Positions 25,141 to 38,038 of a stretch of 64,000 nt of DNA are shown here, one piece after another. Every line of letters starts with the position of its first letter. Position 1 is the first letter of the stretch. The notes beneath the pieces are model-generated. The model made no database searches. It was not told the DNA's origin and saw only the letters and a list, made by a program, of their open reading frames with translations. The position numbers were made by a program, and so were the translations under genes. This DNA comes from Felis catus (Eukaryota), in assembly GCF_018350175.1 (NCBI RefSeq), contig NC_058368.1, positions 116,314,001 to 116,378,000 on the forward strand, given 5' to 3'.

Positions 25141-26279
25141 AATTTTGGAGAAGACAAGACAAAGGATATATTAGAGTTGAGTGCATTTTGGTACCTCTGA
25201 TTGACATAAATGTATTCAGATCATTTGTGTATATAGTTATGTATAATTATTAACTCATTCTGAGAAACTTAACACTTTTCTAACAAGTGTTGTAGATATT
25301 TAGAATTTGATCTTTTGGGCCAGCATTTAAATATAAAATGCCTAAAACTACACTTGAAAATTCAAGTGATCATCACAGGAAAAATTATAGCTATGCGAAG
25401 TGATGGAACTTGCTGTGGTAATCATTTAGTATATACGTACATGAAATCATTATGTTGGACACCTTAAGCTCATAAAGTCTTGTATGTTAATTATATCTTA
25501 ATGAAACTGAAAAAGTTAATAAAATGAAAAAAAGGAATTCAAGTGAGTGCTGATGAAAATGTATCATGTGAGATTCTTCATGAATATCACTCTTCCAGTT
25601 TGAAAAGGCATAGAATATAGACACTGGTGAGTGACAGGACAAAAGAGTTATAATTACATAAAATTTTAAAAATTACATTTATATAGTGTTTTATTATTTT
25701 CAAGTTATTTTACCTTATTTCATCATTTCAGTAGCATTGTAAGATAGGTAGGGCAGGTATTACCTTTGTTGATTGAGGAAGAAGTGGAACGTCAGAAATG
25801 CAGAAAGTGACAGCTTAACATCACACATAGTGCCTGATGAAACTGATACTTCAACCTAAGTCTCCTGACCTCTAGTACAATATTCTTTCCATTATGTCAT
25901 GTTGCCTGATTGAAACTTGAATTTACATGCATTTTAAGATGTAGGAGAATTAAACTGAGTAAGTTGTTTTATGAATTTTAATTTTTGGAGAGAGGTTGTA
26001 AGCCTTTTGAAGGCATGGGACACATCTCTATTTTGTGTTTTTCTTCCAAACTTGATTCTTCCCAAGCACTTAGGCATGTGCTGTCTTGTGTATGTGATAC
26101 TAACATTACTGACATCCAGGATGACATTGCTACTGATGTTCTCTCCTTCTCCTGGTGGTGACCAGATAGACCATGAGCAAATCAACTTTTGCATGTTGTT
26201 ATTCAAATCTCTCCCCGGTTGTTCTGTGTAGCCTAAAGCTGTAGTTGTACTTTAGGTACTTTATAGTTTTTTAAAAAAT

Positions 26280-27390
26280 TGATCTAAAGTTTACCTTACC
26301 ATAAAATTTAGCATTTTAAAGTGTACAATTCAGTAGTTTTTTAGTATATTTACAAGGTTGTACAGCAACCTTCACCAGTATCTAATACCAGACGTTTTCA
26401 TTATTCCAGAAAGAAACTTGAGACCTATTAGTACTCACTCTCATTCCTCCCTCTCTGACTGACTCTTCAGTTAACCACTAAGTTACTTTCTATCTCTATA
26501 AATCTGTTTCTGTTGGCCATTGCATGTAGGTGGAACCATACAATATGTGACTTCTTGTTTCTTCTTTCATTAAGCATAGTATTTGCAAGGTTCGCCTTGC
26601 ATTCTATAGCATGTGTCATTACCTACTCCTGTGTTTTTAATTTATTTTTTTTAATGTTTTTATTTATTTTTGAGACAGAGAGAGACAGAGCATGAGCAGG
26701 GGAAGGGCAGAGAGAGAAGGAGACACAGAATCTGAACCAGGCTCCAGGCTCCAAGCTGTCAGCACAGAGCGTGACATGGGGCTGGAACCCACAGACTGTG
26801 AGCTCTTGACCTTAGCTGAAGTCGGATGCTCAACCAACTGAGCCACCCAGGCGCCCCTCATTACTTACTCCTTTTAATGGCCGAATAATATTACATTATA
26901 TGGATATACCACATTTTGTTTATCCATTTACCAGTTGATAGACTTTTTTTTTCTAATTTTTGTCTATTGTGCATAATACAGGTGTGGCCTTCTGTATACA
27001 TATTTTTGTATGTTTTAAATCCTCTTAGGTAGGGGTGCCTGGGTGACTTAGTTGGTTAAACATCCAACTTTTGCTCAGGACATGATCTTGTGGTTTGTGG
27101 GTTCAAGCCATGTGTCAGGCTCTGTGCTGACAGCTCAGAGCCTGGAGCCTGCTTCAGATCCTGTGTCTCCCTTTCTCTCTGCCCCTCCCCCACTCATCCT
27201 CTGTCTCTCTGTCTCTCTGTCTCTCTCTCTCTCTCTCTCTCAAAAATAAATAAACATAAAATCCTCTTAGGTATATACATAGAAGTGAAATTTCTGGGTC
27301 ATATGGTTATTCTATGTTTAATTTTTGGAAAGCTGCAAAACTGTTCCCCACAGGGGTCGTGTCATTTAGATTCCCACGAGCAGTATATGA
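26280..27390 (-). mobile_element. Ancient L1M 3' fragment interrupted by two SINEs
   Basis: ccataaaatttagcattttaaagtgtacaattcagt 3'-end motif and downstream L1M text. Confidence 0.7.
27032..27258 (+). mobile_element. CanSINE inside L1M
   Basis: TSD aaatcctcttaggta on both sides. Confidence 0.9.
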
Positions 27391-28319
27391 AGGACCTTGT
27401 ATTTTTTTAGTGTGGACCACTCATTGCTTTCCAAATGCATCTTCAAGCCCATTTTTTATTTCATTCCCTTCTACCTCTATCCCCATGTCTGACTACCTAG
27501 TGAAATTCTACTCATCCTTCAAAGCCTAAGTTAAATGCTGCTGCTTGTGCAAAGTCTTGGATTACTGGGGCTGGAAGTGATTTCTCACTGTTTAATGCAT
27601 GTAGTTGTACCATTTGTTTCTCTTTGGGGCCTTTTGTGATAGTCATGGTGCCTTTAACTTCTATCTTCTACCATATTTTTGTACTGTCAGGGTGCTTCAT
27701 ATAAAATAGTACTTGAGTAAATACCGTTTACTCATTGGGGAAATGAATGGGAGAGAATAGAAAATCCTTAACTTGGATTTTTAAAATGTTCCATGGTACC
27801 TATAATCTCTGTTTGTCTTCATAATATGTGTAATACCACACTAGACCAATACTTTTTATAAAATAGAAACGTTAACTTCTCAGTACGATTTGTAATAAAA
27901 AATTCTAGAATTTGGAATGATGGTTTTTCTGTTCTCATCACTGGTAAGTTCCTAGTAATACCTAATAATTTCTTGGGCCCGTGGGAAGATTTTTATTGTA
28001 CACACAGTTATCTTTTAATATAATTTAACAACTGGTAGGCTGCATTTATCTTTTGGCATGGATTTAGAATGGCATCTTTGTCTGTAATTACATATTAAAG
28101 AAGCTGTGTTACAGGATAGTCATGTGGCTCCATGTTATTAGATCTGAAGTTTATTTTGTAAAATTTTAGTACTTCACCAGATAATAAAATGTAACCAAAT
28201 CGTTTTCATTTTACAGTCTTTCTTAGGATGTTTTTTGGTGTCCATTATGAAACTGATGACAACAGCCAAATATGCCAAATAATGTAGTCCAAGTACTGTG
28301 GTCCTGTATGGTGGCCTTG

Positions 28320-28455
28320 TCTAGTAGTTAAGAGCACAGATTGTGTAGCTATGTGGCTTGGGTTTGAAACCTGTCCTTGTCTTTGTTATTTATTAGCTGT
28401 GTGACCGTGGAGAAGTACTTAACCTTTCTGTTCCTATTTTTCTATCTGTCTACAA
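28320..28455 (+). mobile_element. MIR SINE fragment
   Basis: gtagttaagagcacagattg...ttattagctgtgtgaccgtggagaagtacttaacc. Confidence 0.65.
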
Positions 28456-28965
28456 ATATGTTAACCTCCCTGGTTATACATATTTACATATTGCAGATGT
28501 ATCTAGGTATATAAGTATATATTCATTATATACATGAGTAGTCATGTTCATGTTTACAATCATATACGTATATTTTTAGCAAAGTAAAGATCGTACTGTT
28601 TTGAATTTTGTGATTTTCATTTAACTTTATAAATGCTTTCTCATGTAACTAAATTATGCTTTAAAAACATTGTTTTTAATGACTACATGGTAGTCTATGC
28701 TGTGAATGTACAAAATGTATTTACCAAATTCCCCGTTGTAGTTTTTTTTCTCTCATTTTTGGAATTTGAATTAATGTGCAGTGACTACCCCTGCATATTT
28801 TTGTCTGGCTTTCAGATACTAAAAAAACTTTTTTTTTTTAAGTTTTACTTATTTAAGTAATCTCTACACCCAATGTGGGGCTCTAATTCACGACCCCCAG
28901 ATCAAGAGCCACATGCTCTTCCAACTGAGTCTGCCAGGTGCCCTGTGGTTTTCAGATACTTTTTA

Positions 28966-30435
28966 TTTATTTATTTTATTTTATTTTATTTTATTTTATT
29001 TTATTTTATTTTATTTTATTTTATTTTATTTTATTTTATTTTATTTTATTTTTTTTATATGAAGTTTATTGACAAATTGGTTTCCATACAACACCCAGTG
29101 CTCATCCCAAAAGGTGCCCTCCTCAATATCCATCACCCACCCTCTCCTCCCTCCCACCCCCCATCAACCCTCAGTTTGTTCTCAGTTTTTAAGAGTCTCT
29201 TATGCTTTGGCTCTCTCCCACTCTAACCTGTTTTTTTTTTTTTTTCCTTCCCCTACCCCATGGGTTCCTGTTAATTTCTCAGGGTCCACATAAGAGTGAA
29301 ACCATATGGTATCTGTCTTTCTCTGTATGGCTTATTTCACTTAGCATCACACTCTCCAGTTCCATCCACGTTGCTACAAAAGGCCATATTTCATTTTTTC
29401 TCATTGCCACGTAGTACTCCATTGTGTATATAAACCACAATTTCTTTATCCATTCATCAGTTGATGGACATTTAGGCTCTTTCCATAATTTGGCTATTGT
29501 TGAGAGTGCTGCTATGAACATTGGGGTACAAGTGGCCCTATGCATCAGTACTCCTGTATCCCTTGGATAAATTCCTAGCAGTGCTATTGCTGGGTCATAG
29601 GGTAGGTCTATTTTTAATTTTCTGAGGAACCTCCACACTGCTTTCCAGAGCGGCTGCACCAATTTGCATTCCCACCAACAGTGCAAGAGGGTTCCCGTTT
29701 CTCCACATCCTCGCCAGCATCTATAGTCTCCTGATTTGTTCATTTTGGCCACTCTGACCGGCGTGAGGTGATACCTGAGTGTGGTTTTGATTTGTATTTC
29801 CCTGATAAGGAGCGACGCTGAACATCTTTTCATGTGCCTGTTGGCCATCCGGATGTCTTCTTTAGAGAAGTGTCTATTCATGTTTTCTGCCCATTTCTTC
29901 ACTGGGTTATTTGTTTTTCGGGTGTGGAGTTTGGTGAGCTCTTTATAGATTTTGGATACTAGCCCTTTGTCCGATATGTCATTTGCGAATATCTTTTCCC
30001 ATTCCGTTGGTTGCCTTTTAGTTTTGTTGGTTGTTTCCTTTGCTGTGCAGAAGCTTTTTATCTTCATAAGGTCCCAGTAATTCACTTTTGCTTTTAATTC
30101 CCTTGCTTTTGGGGATGTGTCGAGTAAGAGATTGCTACGGCTGAGGTCAGAGAGGTCTTTTCCTGCTTTCTCCTCTAAGGTTTTGATGGTTTCCTGTCTC
30201 ACATTCAGGTCCTTTATCCATTTTGAGTTTATTTTTGTGAATGGTGTGAGAAAGTGGTCTAGTTTCAACCTTCTGCATGTTGCTGTCCAGTTCTCCCAGC
30301 ACCATTTGTTAAAGAGGCTTTTTTCCATTGGATGTTCTTTCCTGCTTTGTCAAAGATGAGTTGGCCATACGTTTGTGGGTCTAGTTCTGGGGTTTCTATT
30401 CTATTCCATTGGTCTATGTGTCTGTTTTTGTGCCA
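28966..30435 (-). mobile_element. Young felid-type LINE-1, 5'-truncated (ORF2 C-terminus, 3'UTR, (TAAAA)n tail)
   Basis: 349-aa ORF2 C-terminal ORF at 29279-30328 with the CCHC knuckle ([18 protein letters not shown]); 16-bp perfect TSD tttcagatacttttta at 28950-28965 and 30436-30451. Confidence 0.95.
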
Positions 30436-30962
30436 TTTCAGATACTTTTTAAAGGATAGATTCCTTAAAATGGAATTACTGAATCAAAGGGCATGAGCCT
30501 TTTAAAGCATTTTGGTACACATTTCCAAATTGCTTCCCAGAAAGATTGTACATATGTTACTTGTTGAGAAAATTAATTTAGAATTAACTTGTTTTGAAAT
30601 TAGAGGGTTACATGTTTATTTTCATCAGTTGCTTTTGCTTATACCATTCGTTCATTTCAACGATTATGTTTTCAATACCTACTTTATATGATGTATTCTT
30701 AGGCCAGAGGATACAGCAGTGAACAAACAGGTATGTTTCCTAACCTCATTTAACTTTCTTGTCTGTAGGGCTCTAGATATTTGGCAGTGTTTTAAATACT
30801 ATTTTCTTTTAAGAATCAGAATTTAATAAATTGATTAGAAGAGAGGAAAAAATGTGCCTTAATGACCTATCCATGCTATCTAGTCTTTTTTACTATCTAG
30901 TCCAATTTTCATCTTCCCAGGGGCTACATTCATGTACTTGTTTCATTTAAAAACAAAAAACA

Positions 30963-31132
30963 GGGGTGCCTGGGTGGCTCAGTCGGTTTAAGTGCCTGAC
31001 TTCGGCTCAGGTCGTGATCTTGTGGTCTATGGGTTTGAGCCCCGCGTCAGGCTCTGTGCTGGCAGCTCGGAGCCTAGAGCCTGCTTCGGATTCTGTGTCT
31101 CCCTCTCTATTTGCCCCTCCCCTGCTCACTTG

Positions 31133-31168
<36 letters not shown>

Positions 31169-31205
31169 AATAAATAAACATTAAAAAAAATTTTTTTAAA
31201 CAAAA
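30963..31205 (+). mobile_element. CanSINE about 270 nt upstream of exon 2
   Basis: Full sense CanSINE (ggggtgcctgggtggctcagtcgg...(CT)n...aataaataaac). Confidence 0.92.
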
Positions 31206-31475
31206 AGAAACCAAGCTCTGTGCTAGGCACAGAAGATGAAATGCTCTTCAGGAAACTTGAATCTGGTGTATCTGAATTAGACTATAGTCATGTCTGAAGA
31301 TAAGCAGATAGGCAGGACGCTCCCTCAAAGACCCTTCCCACAGCCTCATGTTTCTACGGTAATTTATCTGCTTGTACTTAAATTCTAAATCAGAAATCAT
31401 ATTACTTTAAATTATAGTTATTCTGACAATATGGAGATTAGTTTCATAGATACTGCATTTTTAACTCATAAACAG

Positions 31476-31629
31476 GTTGAATCGTTTATTTTGGACCAAG
31501 AAGATCTGGATAACCCAGTACTTAAAACAACATCAGAGATATTCTTATCAAGTACTGCAGAAGGAGCAGACTTACGCACTGTGGATCCAGAGACACAGGC
31601 ACGATTAGAAGCATTGCTGGAAGCAGCAG
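31476..31629 (+). CDS. ANKHD1: ANKHD1 exon 2 (154 nt)
   Basis: aacag|GTTGAA; VESFILDQEDLDNPVLKTTSEIFLSSTAEGADLRTVDPETQARLEALLEAA; G|gtaatt. Confidence 0.97.
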
Positions 31630-32023
31630 GTAATTTATTTCTTGTTTTGTTATTTTCATCTCTTTAAAAGTCTAGATCTCTGTACAAAGCTGTGCAAGAT
31701 TGCCCCAAAATTATATAACATTATATGAGATTTGAACTCTTAGTATGTGTTATGTTTTTTATTGTTCATGTTTTATATTTAAAAAATTCTTGGTTGAAAG
31801 TTTTTAGAGAATGATTTCTGGGCTCAACCCTATTTTTAAAGGTCTTAGATAATCAGATACTTATCAATGAAAACTTATCTATTTCCAATTACATTATAAA
31901 TGTGTGAGATAAATTTGGTTCCTTAAATTATGAATCTTTGATCTGAACTGATTTAAGGGTATTCTGCATGTGATTTTTTACTCATTTTAGTCTAGGAATA
32001 ACTTAATTATTATAAGTTGCTAG

Positions 32024-32451
32024 TTTTTTAATGTTTATTTATTTTTGAGAGAGAGAACGCTCTTGCACATGCGCTTGTGTGCAGGAGGGGCAGAGAGAGA
32101 GGGAGACAGGATCTGAAGCAGGTTCTGTTCTGCACTGACAGCAGAGAGCCCAGTGCAGGACTTGAACTCACGGACCAGACCGTGAGATCATGACCTAAGC
32201 CAAAGTCAGATGCTCAACCACCTGACTCAGCCAGGTGCCCCTATGAGTGGCTATTGTTTAAAAAAAGATGTTTATTTATTTTAAGAGAAGGAAAAAGAGA
32301 GGGTATGCATGCATGTGAGCAGGAGAGGGGCAGGGAGAGAGGTAGAGCTGCGAGTGCAGAGCCTGATGCAGGAATCAATCATACAAACTGTGAGATCATG
32401 ACCTGAGCTGAAATTGAGAGTTTGACACCTAACTGAACCACCCAGGTGCCT
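32024..32451 (-). mobile_element. Two tandem antisense CanSINEs
   Basis: Three copies of a target resembling ataagttgctatttttt. Confidence 0.88.
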
Positions 32452-33086
32452 CATAAGTTGCTATTTTTTATTATATTATTTTATTTTATTTATTATTTTA
32501 TTACTATTGTTTATATTGAACACCCTGTTTATTATTTGCTGTACCAAGTCTCCATTCCACTATAAAGAAAGGCTTTTTATCAGCTAAAATTGTTTTAAGA
32601 AGGAAGTTAACTTTTTTAAATCTTCTATGTTGTTTTTTTTTATATTGCTTTTGAGATATGTTCACTTTGTGTGACACTCTTTTTAGTTACTTATTTAGCA
32701 TAAATATATGTGTATGTTAAATACATGTAAGAATTTAATCTAGAGGAATGTATAGGTTATTTTTTAAAATAGTGCCTAAAAAATAAATAAAAAAATAGTG
32801 CCTAAAAACTTGTTAGAGTGCCATATATACTTTAAACCATGTTAAAGCTATTAAACTCCAGAAAATTCAAAATAAAAAAGTTTTAAAGTATAGAAATTTG
32901 ATTCAGTTACTGAGTACTCTAATAAGCATAATATTCAGATTATGAATAATTCAGAAAAATCACAGCAGCTTTTTAGCACATTTCATATTGACTGAACAAT
33001 ACAGTATCAATTTCATCAAATAATGACAAGGACAAGAGCTAAAATAAATTGAACATTTTTTGGTAAAGTTTAGTCATTTATTCTGA

Positions 33087-33423
33087 GGGGCACCTCAATG
33101 GCTCAGTTAAGTGTCTGACTTCAGCTCAGGTCATGATCCCACAGTTCGTGGGTTTGAGCCCCGCGTCGGGCTCTGTGCTGACAGCTCAGAGCCTGGAACC
33201 TGCCTCAGATTCTTTGTCTCCCTCTCTCTCTGCCCGTCTCCTGCACACGCTCTGTCTCTCTGTCTCAAATTTATTTATTTTGAGAGAGGGAGTGGGAGAG
33301 AGTGGGGGTTGAGCCGAGGGAGAAGAGAGAGAATCCGAAGCAGACTACGTGCTCAGTGTGGAGTATGATGCTGGGGTCAATCTCATGACTGTGAGATCAC
33401 TACGTGAGCCACCCAGGCACCCC
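33087..33423. mobile_element. Tail-to-tail fused pair: sense CanSINE (33087-33269) and antisense CanSINE (33270-33423)
   Basis: Junction tgtctcaaa|tttatttattttgagagag. Confidence 0.85.
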
Positions 33424-33808
33424 AAATTGAGCATTTTTCTATTATTCTTGGAAAGACAGATGTTATGCTAAAAATGACCTTACTTGTTATCATCTTGTTA
33501 TTCCTTTAATTCTGTCCTGTTATGGAAAAGCACAGGTACAATTTGTAACCCATTGACTTTTAGTCTACCTTACTGTATCTTTTTGGAACTGATAGAAACT
33601 TAAAATTAAATTGAACAAAATAAGACTGTTTAAATTAGGGCAGAACTAGTAATAAAAAAAAAAAGGTATAAAGATCACATCACATTGATAATGACATTGA
33701 ATGTCCTTCCCTTCTAGTCTGGATTTCCTGTAAATCTCCTACTTGTGATTTAGGGATATACTGTATAAGATTCCTGAAATGGGAGTGCCATGACCACCCT
33801 CTAATTTT

Positions 33809-33840
33809 TTTGTTTGTTTGTTTGTTTGTTTGTTTGTTTG
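33809..33840. repeat. (TTTG)n microsatellite
   Basis: Direct reading. Confidence 0.85.
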
Positions 33841-34464
33841 CTTTGGAATCTTACATTCTTTTGCTTAGAGCAGAGAGAAACTTGGAGAAAAGTCTTCTCT
33901 GTTTTCCTTTTCTTAGAAAAGGTTTAGGCTTTGTTTTCTGGTGGTAGCATATCTTTACTCTCTGGTTTAGGCTGACACTTCACTCATGTTGAGCGTACTA
34001 TTCCTTAATTCCTAACTAAGGGCTTTAAACTAATTTCTCCTTTTTTCTGGCACCTCATGATTCTTATTCAGGGCTGTTTTCTGGTACATTAAGCACTTTT
34101 CTTTCCCTGTTTTCTCTTAATTCATAGAAGTCTAGAAAAAGCAGCGAGATACCTTAGAATTGCCTGTTTTTCATACATATATTGATAGAAAGAAAAGAAA
34201 CCTTGAAAGTAATGCTTATCTGCCTTTCAGGAGGTGTTAAAAACTATTGAATTTAAAAATTTTGCTTATTTTGACAATTTAAACTCCATACACAGTTAGA
34301 TATGTCTTTGGTGTGTCCAAAGAAATTGTCAAATGTATTTTAAAATGATGTGCTTCTTTCTAAGAACTGTGCAAGTCAACTGTTTAATGAATATTTTCTT
34401 TTTGTCCTAGAGCATTTTCATTTGCTTTTTGGACATTGGTTTCAGGAATTTTTAGACTCTGTGG

Positions 34465-36508
34465 TTTTTTGTTTTTGCTTTTAAGTAGTCTCTACACCCA
34501 ATGTAGGGCTCAAACTCATGACCCTAAGATGAACAGTCACATTCTCCACCAACTAAGCCAGCCAGGTGCTCCTAGATTCTGTGTTTCTAATTGTGAGACT
34601 ATATTAGGCATTACTAGGCTTATTAAGGAAAATAGAATTTTTGACACTATTTTAACTGAAAAAATGAAATGGAAAATATTTTTTCTTTAAGATTCTTTGA
34701 TATTCTTAGAGAAAATGAAGAATCTTAAAGCTATTTCAAGAATTTCATTTATTTATTTATTTTTGTTGTTATTTTTAATTTTTTGAGAGGGGAAAGAGCA
34801 TGAGCAGGGGAGGTGCAGAGGGAGGGAAAGAGAAGGAGATAGAGAATCCCAAACAGGTTCCACACTGTCAGAGCAGAGCCTGACACGGGGCTCAAACTCC
34901 GGAACCGTGAGATCATAACCTGAGCCGAAATCAAGACTTGGATGCTTAACCGACTGAGCCACCCAGGCACCTCCGTTTTTAATTTTTTTAAAGATTTTAT
35001 TTTTGAGTAATCTCCACATGCAATTTGGGGCTCAAACTCACAACACTGATACCGAGTCACATGCTCTACTGACTCAGCCAGTCAGGTGCCCCACAAGAAT
35101 AATTTTTAAAAATTATGTTCTTCTAAATTATAAATATAATACGATCAAAGGTAGGTAAAGCAATATGAAATGTATTAAGTAGATAATAAAACCTTCCTGT
35201 TGTTAAGGTTTACATATACTTCCAGGCTTTTTCCTGTGTAGCTTTATAAATGCGTGTATATATTTAAACACATAATTTTTAAAACAATGAAGTAAGCGTC
35301 ACATTACACAAAATGTATTGTAACTCCCTTTTTTTCACTTAATTTATTGTGGGCATCCTTGTATAACATGGTATGTCTCTTTCTCCTTGTTTTGTTTTGT
35401 TTTGTTTTTAATCATTTTGGGAAAGAGTGGGAAAGAGGGAGAATGAGAGGGAGAGGGAGAGAGAGAGAATCCTAAGTAGGGTGTCAGTGCAGAGCCCATC
35501 GCAGGGCTCGATCTCATGAATTGGGAGATCATGACCTGAGCCCAAATCAAGAGTCAAATGCTTAACCGACTAAGCTACCCAGGTGCCCCACTTTCTTTAA
35601 AGGGTAAGATAATATTCTCTTGCTTAGATGTATCATGATTTATTTTACAGTTCCTTATCAAGGGATATTTAGGTTATTTCCTCTTTTCCCATATTACAAA
35701 TAATGATGTAGTTGATATTCATTTATAATTTTTCTTATTTGTGCAAGTATCTTTATAGGACAAATTATTAGAAAGTGGTATCACTGTGTCAAAGAATGTT
35801 TACACTTAAAGTTTTGCATTTAAAAAATTATATATATATAAAATTTTATACATTTAGATCTTCAGTCTACTTGGTATTTATTTTTGGGAATGGAGTGAAT
35901 TAGAGATCCGTCTTAATTTTCAAATGATAATCACTTTCTGAACAGTGTTTTTGAAATAAGCCCTCCCATCTCCTTTGATTTGAAATGTCAATTTACAAAT
36001 GATCTAGGGCTTTTTTCTTTTTTAAGTTTATTTATTTTGAGAGAGAGAGAGCATGCATATGCATGCAGAAGGGGCAGAGAGAGAGGGAATGAGAGAGAAT
36101 ACCAAGTAGGCTCCCACACTGTCAGCACAGAACCCAACGTGGGGCTCAAACTCACAAACTGAGATCATGACCTGAGCTGAAATCAAGAGTCGAACACTCA
36201 ACCGACTGAGCCACGTAGACACCTCATCTCTTGTATATCCTTGATATAATTATCTGTTTCTGTGCAGATAACATACTGTTATAATTTTCTTTCTTTTTTT
36301 TAAATTTTTTTTTAATGTTTATTCATTATTGAGAGACAGAGCATGAGTATGGAAGGGGCAGAGAGAGGAGGAGACAAAAAATCTGAAACAGGCTCTGGGT
36401 TCTGAGCTGTTACCATAGAGCCTGATGCGGGACTCGAGCTCACAAACCGCGAGATCATGACCTTAGCTGAAGTCGGACACTCAACCGACTGAACCACCCA
36501 GGTGCCCC
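34465..36508 (-). mobile_element. Cluster of six antisense CanSINEs in intron 2
   Basis: Copies at about 34465-34572, 34748-34972, 34977-35092, 35388-35589, 36011-36224 and 36293-36508. Confidence 0.82.
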
Positions 36509-37302
36509 TCATGCTGTTATAATTTTCATGGCATCCTAATACATTTTATATCTTATTGGGAAAATTTTCCCTTCTTTCTTTCCTTGTTGTTGTTCTCCAA
36601 AACTTCATTATTTTTCTCTCATTTGCAGCAGTGATCAGGCAATGATATTATCATCAAAATTTTCTATTACAGCAGTATCTGATTCCTCACTGAATCTAGA
36701 TAAAAAGATTTATTGGCAACTTAGACACCTAATAGCCCCACTAGACTGTGAGCTCTGTAAGGACAGGAACTATGCCTTATCCCTTTTTGCCTTCCCAATG
36801 TCTGGCAAATCACAAGCACATAATAAATATAAGAATGAACTTATTTCAGTTTATACTGTTATCCTAGAAGATGGTTCTAGGTGGCTCTTCAACCAAAGGG
36901 AAAAACTGTTGGATTGTTTGTTATAATAGTACAGAATATTCCCTTTATTACTACTGAAAAGAGTATAGATAAATATGATCTTATACTAGAGATCTTACAG
37001 TATGACTATATATTTTGAAAGAACTTTCATTTTCCTCAATGAGCCTCACGTTAAGTTACATTTGGAATTAGGTAGGGAACAAATTAATATGATGTGCATT
37101 GTAAAGATGGAAAGACTAAAACAGGTGGTTATGTGATGGCCTTTTGACATTAGTGGCAAAATTGATATCAGCCTTATGTTCTGAATGTCAGCTTTATTAT
37201 GGCGACTCTGCCCTACATAGTAGTGTTTAGAAATGTAATTACAATTTGCACTTTATGTTTTTTCTTCCCCTGTGCTGTCTGATTCATTGACGCATGCTGA
37301 AG

Positions 37303-37459
37303 GAATTGGCAAATTGTCAACTGCTGATGGTAAAGCTTTTGCAGACCCTGAGGTACTCCGGAGACTGACATCCTCAGTAAGTTGTGCACTAGATGAAGCT
37401 GCTGCTGCACTGACCCGAATGAGAGCAGAAAACAGCCACAATGCAGGACAAGTAGACAC
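37303..37459 (+). CDS. ANKHD1: ANKHD1 exon 3 (157 nt)
   Basis: gaag|GAATTGGC; (G)IGKLSTADGKAFADPEVLRRLTSSVSCALDEAAAALTRMRAENSHNAGQVD(T); AC|gtatgt. Confidence 0.94.
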
Positions 37460-37606
37460 GTATGTGTATATAATGAATTCTTCTGGATATTAGACATTTT
37501 CTGGAGTGGACTTTGGGGAAGTAACAAATTTTGGTCAAGTATATCTTTTGGAGGGAATTATAATCTGTAGCTAAGTGGCTATTAGAATGGCTATTAATGT
37601 TTTAAG

Positions 37607-37641
<35 letters not shown>

Positions 37642-37663
37642 GGTGTTATATATATATGTATAT
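37607..37663. repeat. (TA)n imperfect microsatellite
   Basis: Direct reading. Confidence 0.85.
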
Positions 37664-37867
37664 AAAAATAGATATTATATCTTTATTCTTGCATTCTACT
37701 TATATTCATTGAGCGTTCTTGTGGAATGAAAATACCACAAGTGAAAAATCCAAAGTGAATAAAGATCTGATTTCTATTTCTAAGGCAGTTACTTACTCTA
37801 ATGATTATCCTAGTACACTCTAAACTGACTGCTTAAGTAATAATAAATGAAATAGGTTGCTCCAATC

Positions 37868-38030
37868 CAAGTGCTTGCTACTCAAATATGATTCGTAAGT
37901 AGCAGTAGCAGCAAGCAGCTCCTTAGATCTCATTAGAATGCAGAATTCCAGACCTCACCTCAGAATCTCAATCAGAATCTGTATTTTAACAAGAAAAATG
38001 GGTGATTCATGTGCATATTAAAGTTTGAGA
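37868..38030. mobile_element. MER5-like hAT DNA transposon fragment
   Basis: tagaatgcagaattccagacctcacctcag...aatcagaatctgtattttaacaag...aaagtttgaga. Confidence 0.7.
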
Positions 38031-38038
38031 TTTATCAA

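Noticed and set aside
29279..30328. 349-aa ORF as an independent gene or active L1
   Set aside because: C-terminal part of L1 ORF2 in a 5'-truncated copy lacking promoter, ORF1, endonuclease and RT core.
30963..31045. tRNA-like A/B boxes (tggctcagtcgg...ggtttgagccc) here and at other SINE heads
   Set aside because: These are tRNA-derived SINE heads followed by (CT)n and A tails, not tRNA genes.
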